Below, in pieces: positions 1-10,568 of a stretch of 64,000 nt of DNA; the first letter of the stretch is position 1, and each line of letters starts with the position of its first letter. Below the pieces are notes generated by a model. That model saw only the letters and a list, made by a program, of their open reading frames with translations. It was not told the DNA's origin and ran no database searches. The stretch is from positions 1 through 64,000 of the forward strand of contig CAXULY010000028.1 of the NCBI GenBank assembly GCA_964252075.1, read 5' to 3'. The position numbers and the translations under genes were made by a program. The stretch comes from an uncultured Deinococcaceae bacterium. GTDB lineage: Bacteria > Deinococcota > Deinococci > Deinococcales > Deinococcaceae.

Positions 1-198
1 ACTGCATCTGGCCTTCGATGAACCTGGGTCGGTGGCTGCCCTGAATAAAGTCTTCCAGGACGCCGCGTCACAGGGCGTGTCGCGCAGGCTCTGTTGGTGT
101 TGGATCGCCTGCGCCTCGTGCGGGAGGTCTGGAGCCGTGCTGCGCACGCCTGTTCCAAGTTCTTCGTCCCCGCCTTCAGGTGAGGAGCGCAATGGCGC

Positions 199-1116
199 TC
201 AGGGCGTGACCTCGGGCGTGCCAGGCTCAGGCAGCGGCTGACCGCGCACGATGGCGGGCAGGTCCAGCGGCAGTTCCCGCATGGGGAGCGCGAAGGTGCG
301 CCGCGCGGGTTCCGGGTCGCCGGTGTTGCCTTCCAGCAGCATCGCGTACTGGTCGCGCGTGATGGGTGGGCTGGGCAGCACCTGCATGAGCGGCACCGCG
401 AGGTTCATCAGGGGCACGGGAATCGCCACGATCGGCTTGCGTTTCCCGAGGGCCTGCAACTCCAGCTCCAGCAATTGCCGGAAGGTGAACTCCGTCGGTC
501 CGGTCAGGGTGTAGGTCTGCCCGATCGCCTCGGGCCGCGTGAGGGCGCCCACGAAGGCCGCCGCGACATCCGCGCGGCTGACGGGCCGGAAGGGGAAGCG
601 CCCGTCCCCGATCTGCGGCACGATGGGCGCTGCCGTCACCAGCCCCTTCAGCACCCGCCCGAAGAAGTCATCGCCCGGCCCGAAGATCAGGCTGGGCCTG
701 AAGATGGTGGCGGGCAGGCCGCTCTCACGCACCAGCGCCTCCGCGCGCGCCTTGCTGCTGGAGTACCGGCTGGCGCTGTCCGCGCGCGCGCCCAGGGCGC
801 TCATGTGCACGTAGCGGGTGCTGGGCGGCAGCGCCCCCAGCACGTGCCGGGTGGCGTCCACGTGCACTGCCTGGAAGGTCTGACGGCCCTTCTCAGCGAT
901 GATGCCCACGAGGTGCACCACCGCCTCGGGCCTCGCGGCGTCCACCGCGAGGCGCACGCTGCCCTCGTCCGTGACGTCCATGCCGAGTCCGCGGGCGCCC
1001 TCCACGCGCCGCCCCTCGCGGGACGCCGCGAACACCTCGTGCCCCGCCGCGCGCAGGGCCTGCACCACGCCGCGGCCCACGAAGCCGCTGGCGCCCGTCA
1101 CGAGCACCCGCGTCAC
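199..1116 (-). CDS. NAD(P)-binding atypical SDR, NDUFA9-like/NAD-dependent epimerase family
   Basis: N-terminal [11 protein letters not shown]ossmann motif and YSSSK. GTG start overlaps the upstream Crp-gene stop (GTGA). Confidence 0.85.
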   Translation of the reverse strand: MTRVLVTGASGFVGRGVVQALRAAGHEVFAASREGRRVEGARGLGMDVTDEGSVRLAVDAARPEAVVHLVGIIAEKGRQTFQAVHVDATRHVLGALPPSTRYVHMSALGARADSASRYSSSKARAEALVRESGLPATIFRPSLIFGPGDDFFGRVLKGLVTAAPIVPQIGDGRFPFRPVSRADVAAAFVGALTRPEAIGQTYTLTGPTEFTFRQLLELELQALGKRKPIVAIPVPLMNLAVPLMQVLPSPPITRDQYAMLLEGNTGDPEPARRTFALPMRELPLDLPAIVRGQPLPEPGTPEVTP

Positions 1117-1733
1117 GCGTTCTCCTGCTGCTCGGCGGTCTGCACGGCGATCGCCTGCAGCTTCTGCAGGTCCAGCAGGGTGATGTGTCGGTAACCGCTC
1201 TCCACGAGTTCCTCCTCGCGCAACTCCGTGATGATCTTGCTGACGCTCTCCCGCGTGCTGCCGCTGCCTTCCGCCAGCAGCTCGTGCGTGGCGCGCACAT
1301 ACAGGCGGTTGTCGGCGTCCTCGGCGCCCAGCGGGGTGTCCGCGAGTTCCAGCAGGTACCGCACCACCCGCTGGCGCAGCGCGCCGCTCTGAAGGTGCAC
1401 CTCGAAGGTCATGGCGCGCCGCAGCTGGTCCCCGAGGTTCCGCGCGAGTTCCACGAGGCCCGTCTCGGTCAGGGTGGCGGGGTCCAGCTGCATGACCTGC
1501 GCGCTGGTGAGGACCTCCGCGGTGTGCGTGCGTCCTCCCGCAGCGGGCGCGCCCAGCACGTCTTCCCCGAAGTAATCGCCGGGCAGCACGTGCCGCACGG
1601 TGTACGTGCGGCCCCGGGCGGTCGTGCGGGACAGTCGGACCAGTCCGGTGGCGGCCTGATACAGGCCCACCGGGCGGTCCCCCTGCGAGTACACCAGCTC
1701 GCCGCGTGAATAGCGCACTTTCGGGCCGACCAT
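1113..1733 (-). CDS. ldrP: Crp/Fnr-family regulator, LdrP-like
   Basis: cNMP-like domain (LPGDYFGE) and C-terminal HTH ([18 protein letters not shown]). Lies directly downstream of a carH/litR homolog, as in Thermus. Confidence 0.75.
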   Translation of the reverse strand: MVGPKVRYSRGELVYSQGDRPVGLYQAATGLVRLSRTTARGRTYTVRHVLPGDYFGEDVLGAPAAGGRTHTAEVLTSAQVMQLDPATLTETGLVELARNLGDQLRRAMTFEVHLQSGALRQRVVRYLLELADTPLGAEDADNRLYVRATHELLAEGSGSTRESVSKIITELREEELVESGYRHITLLDLQKLQAIAVQTAEQQENA

Positions 1734-1753
1734 GCTTCCCCTTTCCTGGCTGC

Positions 1754-2656
1754 CTACATCGGTGGCCTGAGCAGCGCCCCAATGTGCCGGGCGGCGCCCA
1801 CCGCGTTGCTGCCTGCGTACTGCCCACCGAGTTCCACGGCGAGTTCCGGTCGCGCGTTGAACGTCGCGCCGCCGTAGAACACCTTGAATCCGCCGTCCTG
1901 CAGGTCGCGTCGCTCGGCGCGCAGGGCCTGCAGCGCCACCTCGCTGTTCGCGCTGATGAGGATCGCGTCGGCGCGCACCTGACGTGCGTACACCGCGAGG
2001 TCGGCGAGGGGCGTGTTGGCCCCCAGGTAATGCACCCGCATGCCCTGGCGGCGCAGCACCACCGCGAGCATGAGCAGGCCGATCTCGTGGTGCTCGCCGG
2101 GCGCACATGCCGCGACGACCGACGGGCCCCAGTCGCCCTGCCCGGCCGCGTCCAGGAGGCCCACCACCCGCGCGCGCAGGAAGGCGCTCGCCTGGTGTTC
2201 GTGCGCGACCGTGATCTCGCCGCGTTCCCACATCATGCCGATGTCGTGCAGCACCGGGGCGATCACGTCGGTCAGCACGGATTCCACCGGCATCTGGGCG
2301 TGCGCCTGCGCGAGCAGTTCGGCGGCGCGGACGTGGTCCGGCGCCAGCAGGGCGAGGCGGAGGTCGTCGAGGAGCGGCGCGCGGGTGGGTGCGGGCGCCT
2401 CATCGGAGAACCGTTCACGCGCGAGTTCCGCGGCGCGGCTGATGGCGACACCGCCGTGCATCTGCGCGAGCATGTACTCGATGCGGAAGAGGTCCTGCTG
2501 GCTGTAGAGTCGGTACCCGCTGGCGTTGCGTTCAGGTCGGGGCGTGCCGTAGCGGCGCTCCCATTGGCGGAGGGTGGTGGCGGGCACGCCGGTGCGCGCC
2601 TCGACTTCGCTGGTGGTGTACAGCCCCACGTCCTGGCTGGTGTTGGTTTCAGGCAT
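1754..2656 (-). CDS. carH: Adenosylcobalamin-dependent photoreceptor repressor CarH/LitR (MerR HTH + B12-binding domain)
   Basis: MerR HTH ([11 protein letters not shown]), W-x9-EH motif ([12 protein letters not shown]) and ExHxxG B12 motif (EHHEIG). RBS-like GGGGGAG before the ATG at 2656. Confidence 0.88.
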   Translation of the reverse strand: MPETNTSQDVGLYTTSEVEARTGVPATTLRQWERRYGTPRPERNASGYRLYSQQDLFRIEYMLAQMHGGVAISRAAELARERFSDEAPAPTRAPLLDDLRLALLAPDHVRAAELLAQAHAQMPVESVLTDVIAPVLHDIGMMWERGEITVAHEHQASAFLRARVVGLLDAAGQGDWGPSVVAACAPGEHHEIGLLMLAVVLRRQGMRVHYLGANTPLADLAVYARQVRADAILISANSEVALQALRAERRDLQDGGFKVFYGGATFNARPELAVELGGQYAGSNAVGAARHIGALLRPPM

Positions 2657-2667
2657 CGCTCCCCCTT

Positions 2668-2696
2668 TGTTCATCCTTTGTATAAGGCTATGTCGG
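2668..2696 (-). promoter_or_regulatory. Candidate CarH operator (TnnACA direct repeats)
   Basis: Minus strand has TATACA and TGAACA exactly 11 bp apart, plus a weaker CCGACA 12 bp further upstream, just before carH. Confidence 0.5.
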
Positions 2697-2880
2697 ATGC
2701 AGGGGTGGTTTCCAGTGCCAACGCCAGGCCACGGACCCGAACACACGCCGTATTTGAGCACCCGCGCCCGCTGGACACCGTGTGGATTCCTGCAAGTCCA
2801 TACCTTCTACAGGCCTTCATCGCGGGGCGCGCGGGTGGGCGGCACCATTCGCCCCTTGGGGCGCACCCTATACTCGGCGC

Positions 2881-3741
2881 ATGTCCGTGCCGCCCGCCTC
2901 CCCACCTTCGATTCGTTACGTCGAGTGCCCACGTGACGCTTGGCAGGGCCTGGCGACCTTCATCCCGACGCGCGAGAAGATCGCGTACCTGCGCGCCCTG
3001 CTGGACGCCGGGTTTCAGGACCTCGACCTGGGCAGCTTCGTGAGCGCCAAGGCCGTGCCGCAGCTCGCGGACACCGAGGCGGTCCTCGCGGAACTCCCCG
3101 ACCCCGACGGACGCGATTACCTGTGCATCATCGCGAACGCGCGCGGCCTGGAGCGCGCCGCCGCACAGGCCCGCGTGACCAGCGTGGGGTACCCGCTCTC
3201 CGTCAGTGACGCCTTCCAGCGCCGCAACACCGGGCGCGGCGCCGCCGAGTCGTGGCCGCTCGTGACGGACCTCGCCGAGGGCGCCCGGCAGGCCGGGAAG
3301 CGCCTCGTGGTGTACCTCAGCATGGGTTTCGGCAACCCGGACGGCGAGCCCTGGACGCCTGGCACCACGCTGGACGCCGTCGCGCGCCTGCGTGACCTCG
3401 GCGTGCAGGACGTGGCCCTCGCGGACACCGTGGGCCGCGCGAGCCCGGAACTGGTGGCGGAGGTGTGCGCCGCGGCCGTCACGCGTTTCGGTCCGGACGG
3501 CCTGGGCGTGCACCTGCACGCGAGGCCCGAGCGCGCGGCGGCGCTGGTGCGGCCGGCCCTGGCGGCGGGCGTCCGCTGGTTCGAGGGCGCGCTGTCCGGC
3601 GCGGGCGGCTGCCCGTTCGCCGGGGACGCCCTGGTCGGGAACCTCCCCACCGAGGTGATCGCGCCCGCGCTGGGCCTGAACCTGCCGGACCTGCTCGCCC
3701 TCGCCGAACGCGCCCGGCACCTTCAGGCGCAGGTCGCTTAA
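2881..3741 (+). CDS. Hydroxymethylglutaryl-CoA lyase (DRE-TIM family)
   Basis: ECPRDAWQG, LADTVG, HLH and GGCPFA motifs. TATACT at 2869-2874 sits 6 nt before the ATG (leaderless). Confidence 0.88.
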   Translation: MSVPPASPPSIRYVECPRDAWQGLATFIPTREKIAYLRALLDAGFQDLDLGSFVSAKAVPQLADTEAVLAELPDPDGRDYLCIIANARGLERAAAQARVTSVGYPLSVSDAFQRRNTGRGAAESWPLVTDLAEGARQAGKRLVVYLSMGFGNPDGEPWTPGTTLDAVARLRDLGVQDVALADTVGRASPELVAEVCAAAVTRFGPDGLGVHLHARPERAAALVRPALAAGVRWFEGALSGAGGCPFAGDALVGNLPTEVIAPALGLNLPDLLALAERARHLQAQVA

Positions 3742-3744
3742 GGC

Positions 3745-4644
3745 GTGCAGGAACGGCCCGCGCCCACCCGGAGGCTCGACCTGTCCGTGGCGCTGCCGTG
3801 GCGTCAGCTGTGGCTCGCCTCGCGGCCCGCGCTGTGGGTGAACACCCTCGGGGTGGCCGTCACGGGTCTGTGGCTGGCGGGTCAGCTCTGGAGCTGGGAC
3901 GCGCGCTGGCTGCTGCTGCTCGCGTACCTCAGCTACCCGTACAACCTGCTGATCTATGGGCTCAACGATGTGGCCGACCGCGCCGAGGACGCGCGCAGCG
4001 CCCGCAAGGGTGGCCTGCAGGGCGCGCGGCTCTCCGAGGTGGACGTGCGGCCCGTGCTGCTCGCCATCCTCGTGACGAACGTGCCGCCGCTGATCGCGCT
4101 CGCGCTGATGCTGCCCCTGCCCGCCACGGGCGCGCTGCTGGTGGGCGCCGCGCTGTTCGCGCTGTACAGCCTGCCGCCCCTGCGGCTCAAGGCCCGCCCG
4201 TACCTGGACAGCCTGTCGAACGTGGCATACGCCGTGCCGGTGCTGCTGCCCGCCCTGACCTTCGGGCACCCCCTCCCGTGGTGGCCCCTCGCGGCGCTCG
4301 CCCTGTTCTCCGTGGGCAAGCACGCGCTGGACGCCGTACAGGACATCCACACCGACCGGGCGGCGGGCGTACGGACGGTCGCCACGCGCCTCGGCGCGCG
4401 CGGGGCGGGCGTGTGGGCGCTCGCGTGGTTCCTGGCGGCCGGGGCGTGCCTGTGGCCGCTCAGCCCGCTGTCCGCCGTGAGCGTGTGGGTGCTGGCGGGC
4501 GGGCTGGCGCTGAGGCTGCTGCGCCACCCGAGCGCCGCGACGGGCGCGCGCCTGTACCCACTCTCGCTGCTGCTCCCCTGGGCGCTGGGCGCGGTGGCGG
4601 GCGTGCAACTGGTGTACGCGCTGGCGCGCGGCCTGTGGTCCTGA
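3745..4644 (+). CDS. UbiA-family prenyltransferase, lycopene elongase (CrtEb/LyeJ)-like
   Basis: [25 protein letters not shown]....[15 protein letters not shown] and DIHTD motifs; multiple TM helices. Confidence 0.75.
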   Translation: MQERPAPTRRLDLSVALPWRQLWLASRPALWVNTLGVAVTGLWLAGQLWSWDARWLLLLAYLSYPYNLLIYGLNDVADRAEDARSARKGGLQGARLSEVDVRPVLLAILVTNVPPLIALALMLPLPATGALLVGAALFALYSLPPLRLKARPYLDSLSNVAYAVPVLLPALTFGHPLPWWPLAALALFSVGKHALDAVQDIHTDRAAGVRTVATRLGARGAGVWALAWFLAAGACLWPLSPLSAVSVWVLAGGLALRLLRHPSAATGARLYPLSLLLPWALGAVAGVQLVYALARGLWS

Positions 4645-4648
4645 GCGC

Positions 4649-5977
4649 ATGAGGGTCGGGGTGCTGGGGGGCGGCCTCGCGGGCCTCGCGCTCGCCTGCC
4701 TGCTCGCGCGGCGCGGGCACGACGCGCACCTGTACGAGGCCGCGCAACTGGGTGGCAAGGCGGGGCGGGCGCTGGTGGGGGGCGTGACGCACAGCACCGG
4801 CCCCAGCCTCTTCACCTTCCCGGAGGTGTGGCGGGCGCTGCTCGCGCGCCTCGGCGCGGCGGACCACATGCGCCTGCACCTCTTGCCGGGCCTGGGCCTG
4901 CACCACGTGCCGGGCGGACTAATCCCAATCCCCGTGCCGCCCGAACATCCACTGCACCCGCACTGGGCGCGGTACGAGGCGGAGGTCGCGCCGCTGCGCG
5001 CAAGTGTGGCGGCGCTGCTGGTCACGCCGCCACGCATGACCGACCCGCGCTTCCTGCGCGCCAGCGCCGCGCTGGGACGCGTCCTGGGTGGGCACGTCAC
5101 CGCTGCCGGGTGGCTCGCGTCCCGCCGGTACCCCGCGCCGCTCGCGCACGCGCTCGCCACGCACGCCCTGAACGCCGGGGTGGGGCCGGGCGCCGGAAGT
5201 GCGCTGTACGCCCTCATCCCCGGCCTCGTGGCGCGCGATGTGGCGCGCGTGGAGGGGGGCGTCCGCGCGCTGGTGGACCACCTCGCGGGCCTCGCGCTGG
5301 GCCTCGGCGTGCGGCTGCACGAGGGCACCCCCGTGCTGGGCCTGGACGCCCACACCGCGCGCTTGGACACCCCGCGCGGCGCGCGAAGCCACGACCTGCT
5401 CGTGTCGGCCCTCGACCCGGAACGGCTCGCCGCCCTGCGTGGGGGCCCGGCGGCGCGCGACGTGCCGCGCAGCGTGTCGGGCTTCGCGCTGTACGCCACC
5501 CTCCCCGCTCCGGTCGCCCTGCCGCCCACCAGCATCGTCGCGCCGGATGACCTCGCGGCGTTCGAGCGCGACCTGCGCGCGCGGCGCTACCCCGCCAGCA
5601 CCCTGGCGCTCGTGCACGCCCACGGCCGCGCCCTGAGCGTGCTGCTCGCCACGCCCCCCACCGGGGAGCCGCTGGACCTCCAGCACCCGTGGGTGGCCGG
5701 GCAGCTGGAGCGGCTGCGCGCGTCCCTCGACCTCCCTGACGTGCGCCGACTTCCGCACGTCGTTCTCGATCCCGCGCATTACGCCCGCTGGGGCGCGCCG
5801 GGCGGGGCGCTGTACGGGCGGATCTTCGCGCCGTGGCGCTCGGGGCCCATGCACCCCGGTCGGTACCGCCTGGGCGCGCGCCTGTGGCAGGTGGGGTCGG
5901 GCGTCCACCCCGGGGGCGGCGTGCCCGCCGTGCTGGGCGGCGCCCTCATCGTGGATGAGCTGCTGGCGGGCGCCTAG
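4649..5977 (+). CDS. Phytoene desaturase-family FAD oxidoreductase (CrtD/CrtI-like)
   Basis: GGGLAG FAD motif, [16 protein letters not shown] and C-terminal HPGGGVPAV typical of carotenoid desaturases. Confidence 0.8.
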   Translation: MRVGVLGGGLAGLALACLLARRGHDAHLYEAAQLGGKAGRALVGGVTHSTGPSLFTFPEVWRALLARLGAADHMRLHLLPGLGLHHVPGGLIPIPVPPEHPLHPHWARYEAEVAPLRASVAALLVTPPRMTDPRFLRASAALGRVLGGHVTAAGWLASRRYPAPLAHALATHALNAGVGPGAGSALYALIPGLVARDVARVEGGVRALVDHLAGLALGLGVRLHEGTPVLGLDAHTARLDTPRGARSHDLLVSALDPERLAALRGGPAARDVPRSVSGFALYATLPAPVALPPTSIVAPDDLAAFERDLRARRYPASTLALVHAHGRALSVLLATPPTGEPLDLQHPWVAGQLERLRASLDLPDVRRLPHVVLDPAHYARWGAPGGALYGRIFAPWRSGPMHPGRYRLGARLWQVGSGVHPGGGVPAVLGGALIVDELLAGA

Positions 5978-6717
5978 CGTCCGGCGGGGGCCAGCACGCC
6001 GCCGGAATTCAGCAGCGCGCTCCACGTCCGCACGGGCCCCACCTGCCCCGTCACGAAGCGCTCCAGCGCCCGCCACGCGGCGGGTCGGTCCTCGTCGGTC
6101 AGGGGGGCGTCCATCAGGGCGCGCACGCTGGTGCGCTGCACGCGCCGCAGGAAGTCCAGCACGCCGTCCGGCAGGGGGGGCGTGGCGGCGCAGCGGGCGC
6201 ACGCGAGCTGCCCGGTCAGGCTGTCCACATGTGTGGGGTCCGGCGCGCCGCAGCGCGGGCAGCTGCCCAACCGCAGCGCGAAGCCCGCGAGGGCCAGCAG
6301 CTTGTAACTCATGACGAGCGCCACCCACTCGGGATCCTGGTGGTGCGACACGCCGCGCAGCGCGCCGGAGAACAGGTCGAAGGCCTGCGCGCTGTGCTCA
6401 CCTTCCTGGAAGAGCGCGTCGGCCAGTTCCGCCATGAGGTGCGCGTACGCGTAGCGTTCCGGCTCCGCGAGGCGCGGCAGGGCGCCCTCCAGCATCACCT
6501 GCTGCACGCTCGCAAGGTCCCCCTGCGGCGTCTGGTACAGCTGCGCCGCGACGTGCTGGAAGAGGTTCAGGCGGCTCATCATGGGGCCGCGCACGCCGCC
6601 GCGCGCCACCGCCTTCACCTTGCCCTGCGGCGTGAGGAGCGTCAGGATCACGTCGCCCGCGGGGGTGGTGCGGCGGCGCAGCACGATGCCGCTGCGGTTG
6701 GTGGTGCGGGCCCTCAC
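5974..6717 (-). CDS. recO: DNA repair protein RecO
   Basis: OB-fold N-terminus ([24 protein letters not shown]) and CxxC-x-CxxC zinc finger as in Deinococcus RecO. Confidence 0.93.
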   Translation of the reverse strand: MRARTTNRSGIVLRRRTTPAGDVILTLLTPQGKVKAVARGGVRGPMMSRLNLFQHVAAQLYQTPQGDLASVQQVMLEGALPRLAEPERYAYAHLMAELADALFQEGEHSAQAFDLFSGALRGVSHHQDPEWVALVMSYKLLALAGFALRLGSCPRCGAPDPTHVDSLTGQLACARCAATPPLPDGVLDFLRRVQRTSVRALMDAPLTDEDRPAAWRALERFVTGQVGPVRTWSALLNSGGVLAPAGR

Positions 6718-6752
6718 GCGCGCCCCCGCGGCATTGACGCAATCCGGTTCAC
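6714..6752 (-). CDS. Putative leaderless 12-aa upstream peptide [12 protein letters not shown]
   Basis: TAAAAT -10 at 6759-6764 lies 6 nt before the GTG. The TGA overlaps the recO GTG start. Confidence 0.4.
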   Translation of the reverse strand: MNRIASMPRGRA

Positions 6753-6835
6753 CTGCTTATTTTAGCGCTCCTGGCGGGCCTGCCGCCGGTACAGGAGCAC
6801 TATTGACGGTCCGCCACGCCGCCTATACTTGAGGC

Positions 6836-7228
6836 GTGAAGCACCACTCAGAGCGTGACCTGCTGGCCGAACTCTTTCCCGAAGTGGCGCGGCGGGAATA
6901 CGGGGCGAACGGGGTGCGCGTCCGGACGCTGGGCCTGTACCCGGTGGCTGAGGGCAAACTGGCCCTGGTCAGCGGCGAGCGGCTGCTGGAACTCGAACCG
7001 CTGGAGCCGAAGGTCCGCAAGGCCGCGCAGTGCGACCTGTGCCACACCACGCGCTCCGGTGACGAGGTGCGGTACTACCGCGCGCCGCGCGGTGAGCGCG
7101 AGTACCTGTACGTGTCCCTGTGCACTTCCACGCGCCACTGCCTGGAACGCGCGGGGAACGCCCGCCTGAACGCCCTCGCGGGTCGCCTGCTGGGCGACGA
7201 GGGCGTCGGTCCGGCGCCCTCACGCTGA
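6836..7228 (+). CDS. Hypothetical protein with 4-Cys putative zinc finger
   Basis: CDLC...LCTSTRHC. TATACT at 6824-6829 lies 6 nt before the GTG. Confidence 0.75.
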   Translation: MKHHSERDLLAELFPEVARREYGANGVRVRTLGLYPVAEGKLALVSGERLLELEPLEPKVRKAAQCDLCHTTRSGDEVRYYRAPRGEREYLYVSLCTSTRHCLERAGNARLNALAGRLLGDEGVGPAPSR

Positions 7229-7369
7229 CGCCCGGCGTCACCACCGACCTCCGGCCTTAAAGGAACCTCCATTTCGAGCCCGCGCCCCGGCACTTCGGGC
7301 GTCCTCACACATTGCTGCCCCGTTCTCACTGTGGCAGAATGTGCCAGACCAATTGGCGGGAGGGCGAAC

Positions 7370-7849
7370 GTGGCACGGGAGATCAAACTGACGCGGGAAG
7401 GGTACGAGCGCCTGCAGAAGGCGCTCGAACACGAACAGGACAGGCTCGCTGAAGCCACGCGCATCCTTCAGGAGCAGATGGAAGCCTCGGCGGACTACGA
7501 GGACACGGGCCTCGAGGACGCCAAACGCGAGAAGTCGAACATCGAGGCGCGCATCGAGGAACTCGAGGACACCCTCGCGCGCGCCACCATCATGGGGGAC
7601 GGCGCGGCCAGCTCGGGCCGCGCGGAACTCGGCGCGATCGTGGTGCTGCACAACGAGACCACCCAGAAGGAAATGCGCGTGCAGCTCGTGAGCGCCGCCG
7701 AGGCGACCGTTTTGGGCGGCGGCCTGCCGCGCATCAGCGACGACAGCCCGGTGGGCACGCAGCTGCTGGGGCGCAAGTCCGGCGAGAGTTTCGTGGTGAA
7801 CCTCGGCGAGGGCCGCCAGGTGAAGTACAAAGTCAAGAGCATCGAGTAA
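7370..7849 (+). CDS. gfh1: Gre-factor homologue Gfh1 (GreA/GreB family transcription inhibitor)
   Basis: [15 protein letters not shown] start and acidic tip [15 protein letters not shown] resemble Thermus Gfh1; lacks the GreA GDLxEN motif. C-terminal ISDDSPVG. Confidence 0.8.
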   Translation: MAREIKLTREGYERLQKALEHEQDRLAEATRILQEQMEASADYEDTGLEDAKREKSNIEARIEELEDTLARATIMGDGAASSGRAELGAIVVLHNETTQKEMRVQLVSAAEATVLGGGLPRISDDSPVGTQLLGRKSGESFVVNLGEGRQVKYKVKSIE

Positions 7850-7855
7850 AGGAAG

Positions 7856-7883
7856 GCGCCGCAGGTTCACGAACCTGCGGCGC
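7856..7883 (+). terminator. Stem-loop after gfh1
   Basis: GCGCCGCAGGTTC / GAACCTGCGGCGC perfect inverted repeat. Confidence 0.6.
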
Positions 7884-7947
7884 TCGCCTTTGCCTGCGCG
7901 CGGTGCGGCGCCGGGCGCCGTGAGGCGCGCCCGCTATACTCGGGCGT

Positions 7948-9510
7948 ATGTCCGACCTGCCCCCGGCCCCTGACCAGACTGACCTGCCCACCGGGCCGGT
8001 CGGGCGCGAGCTGCACGAGCAGACCGTCGCGCGCCTGAACAACCTCGCCGCGCTCACCGAGGGGGGCTTCGAGGCCTTTCCGTACCGGTACCCCAAGACG
8101 CACAGCGCCGCCGACGTGGCCGCCGCCCACCCGGACTTCCAGACGGGGGACAGCTGGGACACCGAACGCTACCGCGTGGCGGGCCGCCTCACGAGCCTGC
8201 GCGAGCAGGGCAAGGTGGCCTTCGCGGACCTGCAGGACGAATCCGGCACCATCCAGCTGTTCTTCCGCAAGAACGACCTGGAAAATTACGACCTCGTGCG
8301 CCGCCTGGACCTCGGGGACATCGTGGGCGTGGAGGGCCACCCCTTCGTGACGCGCACGGGGCAGCTCACCCTGCACGTCACGGGCTGGCAGCCGCTCGTG
8401 AAGAGCCTGCACCCGCTGCCCAGCAAGTTCCACGGCCTCACGGACGATGAGCTGCGCGCGCGCCGCCGTTACCTGGACCTGATGATCAACCCGGAGTCGC
8501 GCGCGGTGTTCCGCACCCGCAGCCGCGCCATCAGCTACATCCGGCGCTTTCTGGACGAGCACGGCTTCCTGGAGGTGGAGGGGCCCACCCTGCAGACCGT
8601 GGCGGGCGGCACCGAGGCGAAGCCCTTCAGCACCCACCACAACGCCCTCGATCACGAATTCTCGCTGCGCATCTCGCTGGAACTGTACCTGAAGCGCCTG
8701 CTGGTCGGCGGCTTCGAGAAGGTGTACGAGATCGGGCGCAACTACCGCAACGAGGGCGTGGACCGCACGCACAACCCCGAGTTCACCATGCTGGAGTTCT
8801 ACTGGGCCTACGCCGACTACGGCGACATGATGGGCCTCATCGAGGAACTTCTGCATGGCCTCGTCCTGGACGTGAAGGGCACCACCGAACTCACCTTCGG
8901 CGGGCAGACCATCGACTTCGCGCGGCCCTTCGCGCGCCTTGACTTCGTGGGCGCCCTCAAGGAGAAGGCTGGGCTGGACTTCGACCCCACCGACCTCGCC
9001 GCGCTGCGCGCCTGGACGGACGAGCACCACCCGGAACTGCGCAAGGTGCCGGACTACAAGCTGCTCGACAAGCTCTTCGGGGAGTACGTGGAGCACACCC
9101 TCATCAACCCGACCTTCGTGATGGACGTGCCGCTCGCGATCTCGCCGCTCGTGAAGCGCCACCGCAGCCGCCCGGGTCTCTCGGAGCGCGCCGACCTGTT
9201 CGTGGGGGGTTTCGAACTGGCGCCCATCTACTCGGAGCTGAATGATGCCCTCGACCAGCGCGCGCGCTTCGAGGCGCAGACCGCGCGCCGCGAGGCGGGC
9301 GACGACGAGGCGCACGCGCAGGACGAGGACTTCCTGCTGGCACTGGAGTACGGCATGCCGCCCGCCGCGGGCATGGGGATGGGCATGGACCGCCTCGCGA
9401 TGCTCCTCACGGACCGCCAGAGCATCCGCGACGTGCTGCTGTTCCCGCTGCTGCGCCCCGAGAAGCCCGGCGCCACCCCGCAGGACGAGAGCGCGAACGA
9501 CCCGCTGTAA
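7948..9510 (+). CDS. lysS: Lysine--tRNA ligase (class II)
   Basis: OB anticodon domain, [25 protein letters not shown] and [16 protein letters not shown]. Confidence 0.97.
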   Translation: MSDLPPAPDQTDLPTGPVGRELHEQTVARLNNLAALTEGGFEAFPYRYPKTHSAADVAAAHPDFQTGDSWDTERYRVAGRLTSLREQGKVAFADLQDESGTIQLFFRKNDLENYDLVRRLDLGDIVGVEGHPFVTRTGQLTLHVTGWQPLVKSLHPLPSKFHGLTDDELRARRRYLDLMINPESRAVFRTRSRAISYIRRFLDEHGFLEVEGPTLQTVAGGTEAKPFSTHHNALDHEFSLRISLELYLKRLLVGGFEKVYEIGRNYRNEGVDRTHNPEFTMLEFYWAYADYGDMMGLIEELLHGLVLDVKGTTELTFGGQTIDFARPFARLDFVGALKEKAGLDFDPTDLAALRAWTDEHHPELRKVPDYKLLDKLFGEYVEHTLINPTFVMDVPLAISPLVKRHRSRPGLSERADLFVGGFELAPIYSELNDALDQRARFEAQTARREAGDDEAHAQDEDFLLALEYGMPPAAGMGMGMDRLAMLLTDRQSIRDVLLFPLLRPEKPGATPQDESANDPL

Positions 9511-9627
9511 GGCCGTCCTGCCCCTGAGCGGGGCGCACACGCGGCGGTGCCTTTCGCGGCGCCGCCGCGCGCGTCTTCCGGGCGCCTGACCCCCGCTTCA
9601 TGAAGAGCGTGCAGGGTGGAGGCGTTC

Positions 9628-10491
9628 ATGCGCCGCCGCCTGCTGGCCCTCCTGCCGCTGCTCCTCACCTCCGCCACGCTCGCGCCACACCCCCTCACGC
9701 ACGTGTTCGTGATCGTGCTGGAGAACCACAGCCTCGCGAGCGTGCTGGGCAACCCGAACCTCCCCACCCTCAACCACCTGGCGGACACCTACGGCCTCGC
9801 CACGAATTACACGGGCGTCACGCACCCCAGCCTCCCGAATTACGTGGCGATGCTCACGGGGAGTGACTTCGGGAGCCGCAGCGACGACCCCAGCCAGCGC
9901 TTCGACGGGCCCAGCCTGCCGGATCAGCTGGAGGCGAGTGGGCGCACATGGAAGGGATACTTCCAGGGCCTGCCGCAGCCGGGCTGGGATGGCCCGTACC
10001 GCGGCAACTACGCGAAGAAGCACAACCCCTTCATGCTCCTCGCGCGCATCGCGAACGACCCCGCGCGCGCGGCACAAACGGTGCCACTGGAGGCGCTGGG
10101 GTTGGACCTGAACGCCGCGCCGCCGAACTTCGCCCTGATCGTGCCGGACCTCTGTCACGACATGCACGGCGCGCCCGGCTGCCGTGATCGGGCAGCGCTG
10201 GACCGCGCGGGGGACCGCTTCGTGAACACCTGGGCGGCGCGCATCATGGGCTCGCCCGTATGGGGGCCGGGGGCCGCGCTGGTCGTGACCTTCGATGAGG
10301 GCAGCGGGGGGGACCGCACGGGCGGCGGGGGGCGCCTCGCAACCATCGTGGTGACGCCGGACGGACCGCGCGGCGTGCGCTCCGAGCGCGCTTACAATCA
10401 CGCCTCGTTGTTACGGACCCTGCAGGACGGCTTCGGCCTGCCTCCCCTCGGCGACGCCGCGCGGGCGCTGCCGATGGGTGATCTGTTCTGA
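9628..10491 (+). CDS. Secreted phosphoesterase / alkaline-phosphatase superfamily (acid phosphatase-like)
   Basis: Signal peptide, HVFVIVLENH, HPSLPNY, KHNPF, CHDMH and VTFDE. GGAGG RBS. Confidence 0.85.
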   Translation: MRRRLLALLPLLLTSATLAPHPLTHVFVIVLENHSLASVLGNPNLPTLNHLADTYGLATNYTGVTHPSLPNYVAMLTGSDFGSRSDDPSQRFDGPSLPDQLEASGRTWKGYFQGLPQPGWDGPYRGNYAKKHNPFMLLARIANDPARAAQTVPLEALGLDLNAAPPNFALIVPDLCHDMHGAPGCRDRAALDRAGDRFVNTWAARIMGSPVWGPGAALVVTFDEGSGGDRTGGGGRLATIVVTPDGPRGVRSERAYNHASLLRTLQDGFGLPPLGDAARALPMGDLF

Positions 10492-10511
10492 CCGTCCGTT
10501 CGCGCAACAAT

Positions 10512-10552
10512 TAATTCGTTCGTTTGACAAATTATCATCTTCGGCCTACACT
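10512..10552 (+). promoter_or_regulatory. Sigma-70 promoter overlapped by a palindromic ROK-type operator
   Basis: TTGACA (10524-29), 17 bp spacer, TACACT (10547-52). 23-bp palindrome TAATT-C-GT-N7-AC-A-AATTA (10512-34) covers the -35. Confidence 0.75.
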
Positions 10553-10568
10553 AACCGGGTTCTCACCT

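Noticed and set aside
1..198. Possible 3' end of a gene or pseudogene at the window start
   Set aside because: Coding-like stretches appear in two frames, but no family is recognisable and the context is too short to call.
2781..2802. TGTGGA-N10-TCCATA imperfect palindrome as a Crp/LdrP site
   Set aside because: The spacing does not fit Crp-family 16-bp cores and the match is weak.
2671..5535. Very long antisense or alternative-frame ORFs (e.g. 954 aa here, 1240 aa at 40910-44632, 816 aa at 32429-34879)
   Set aside because: These are shadow ORFs caused by high GC. They overlap well-supported genes and have Arg/Ala/Gly-rich, motif-free translations.
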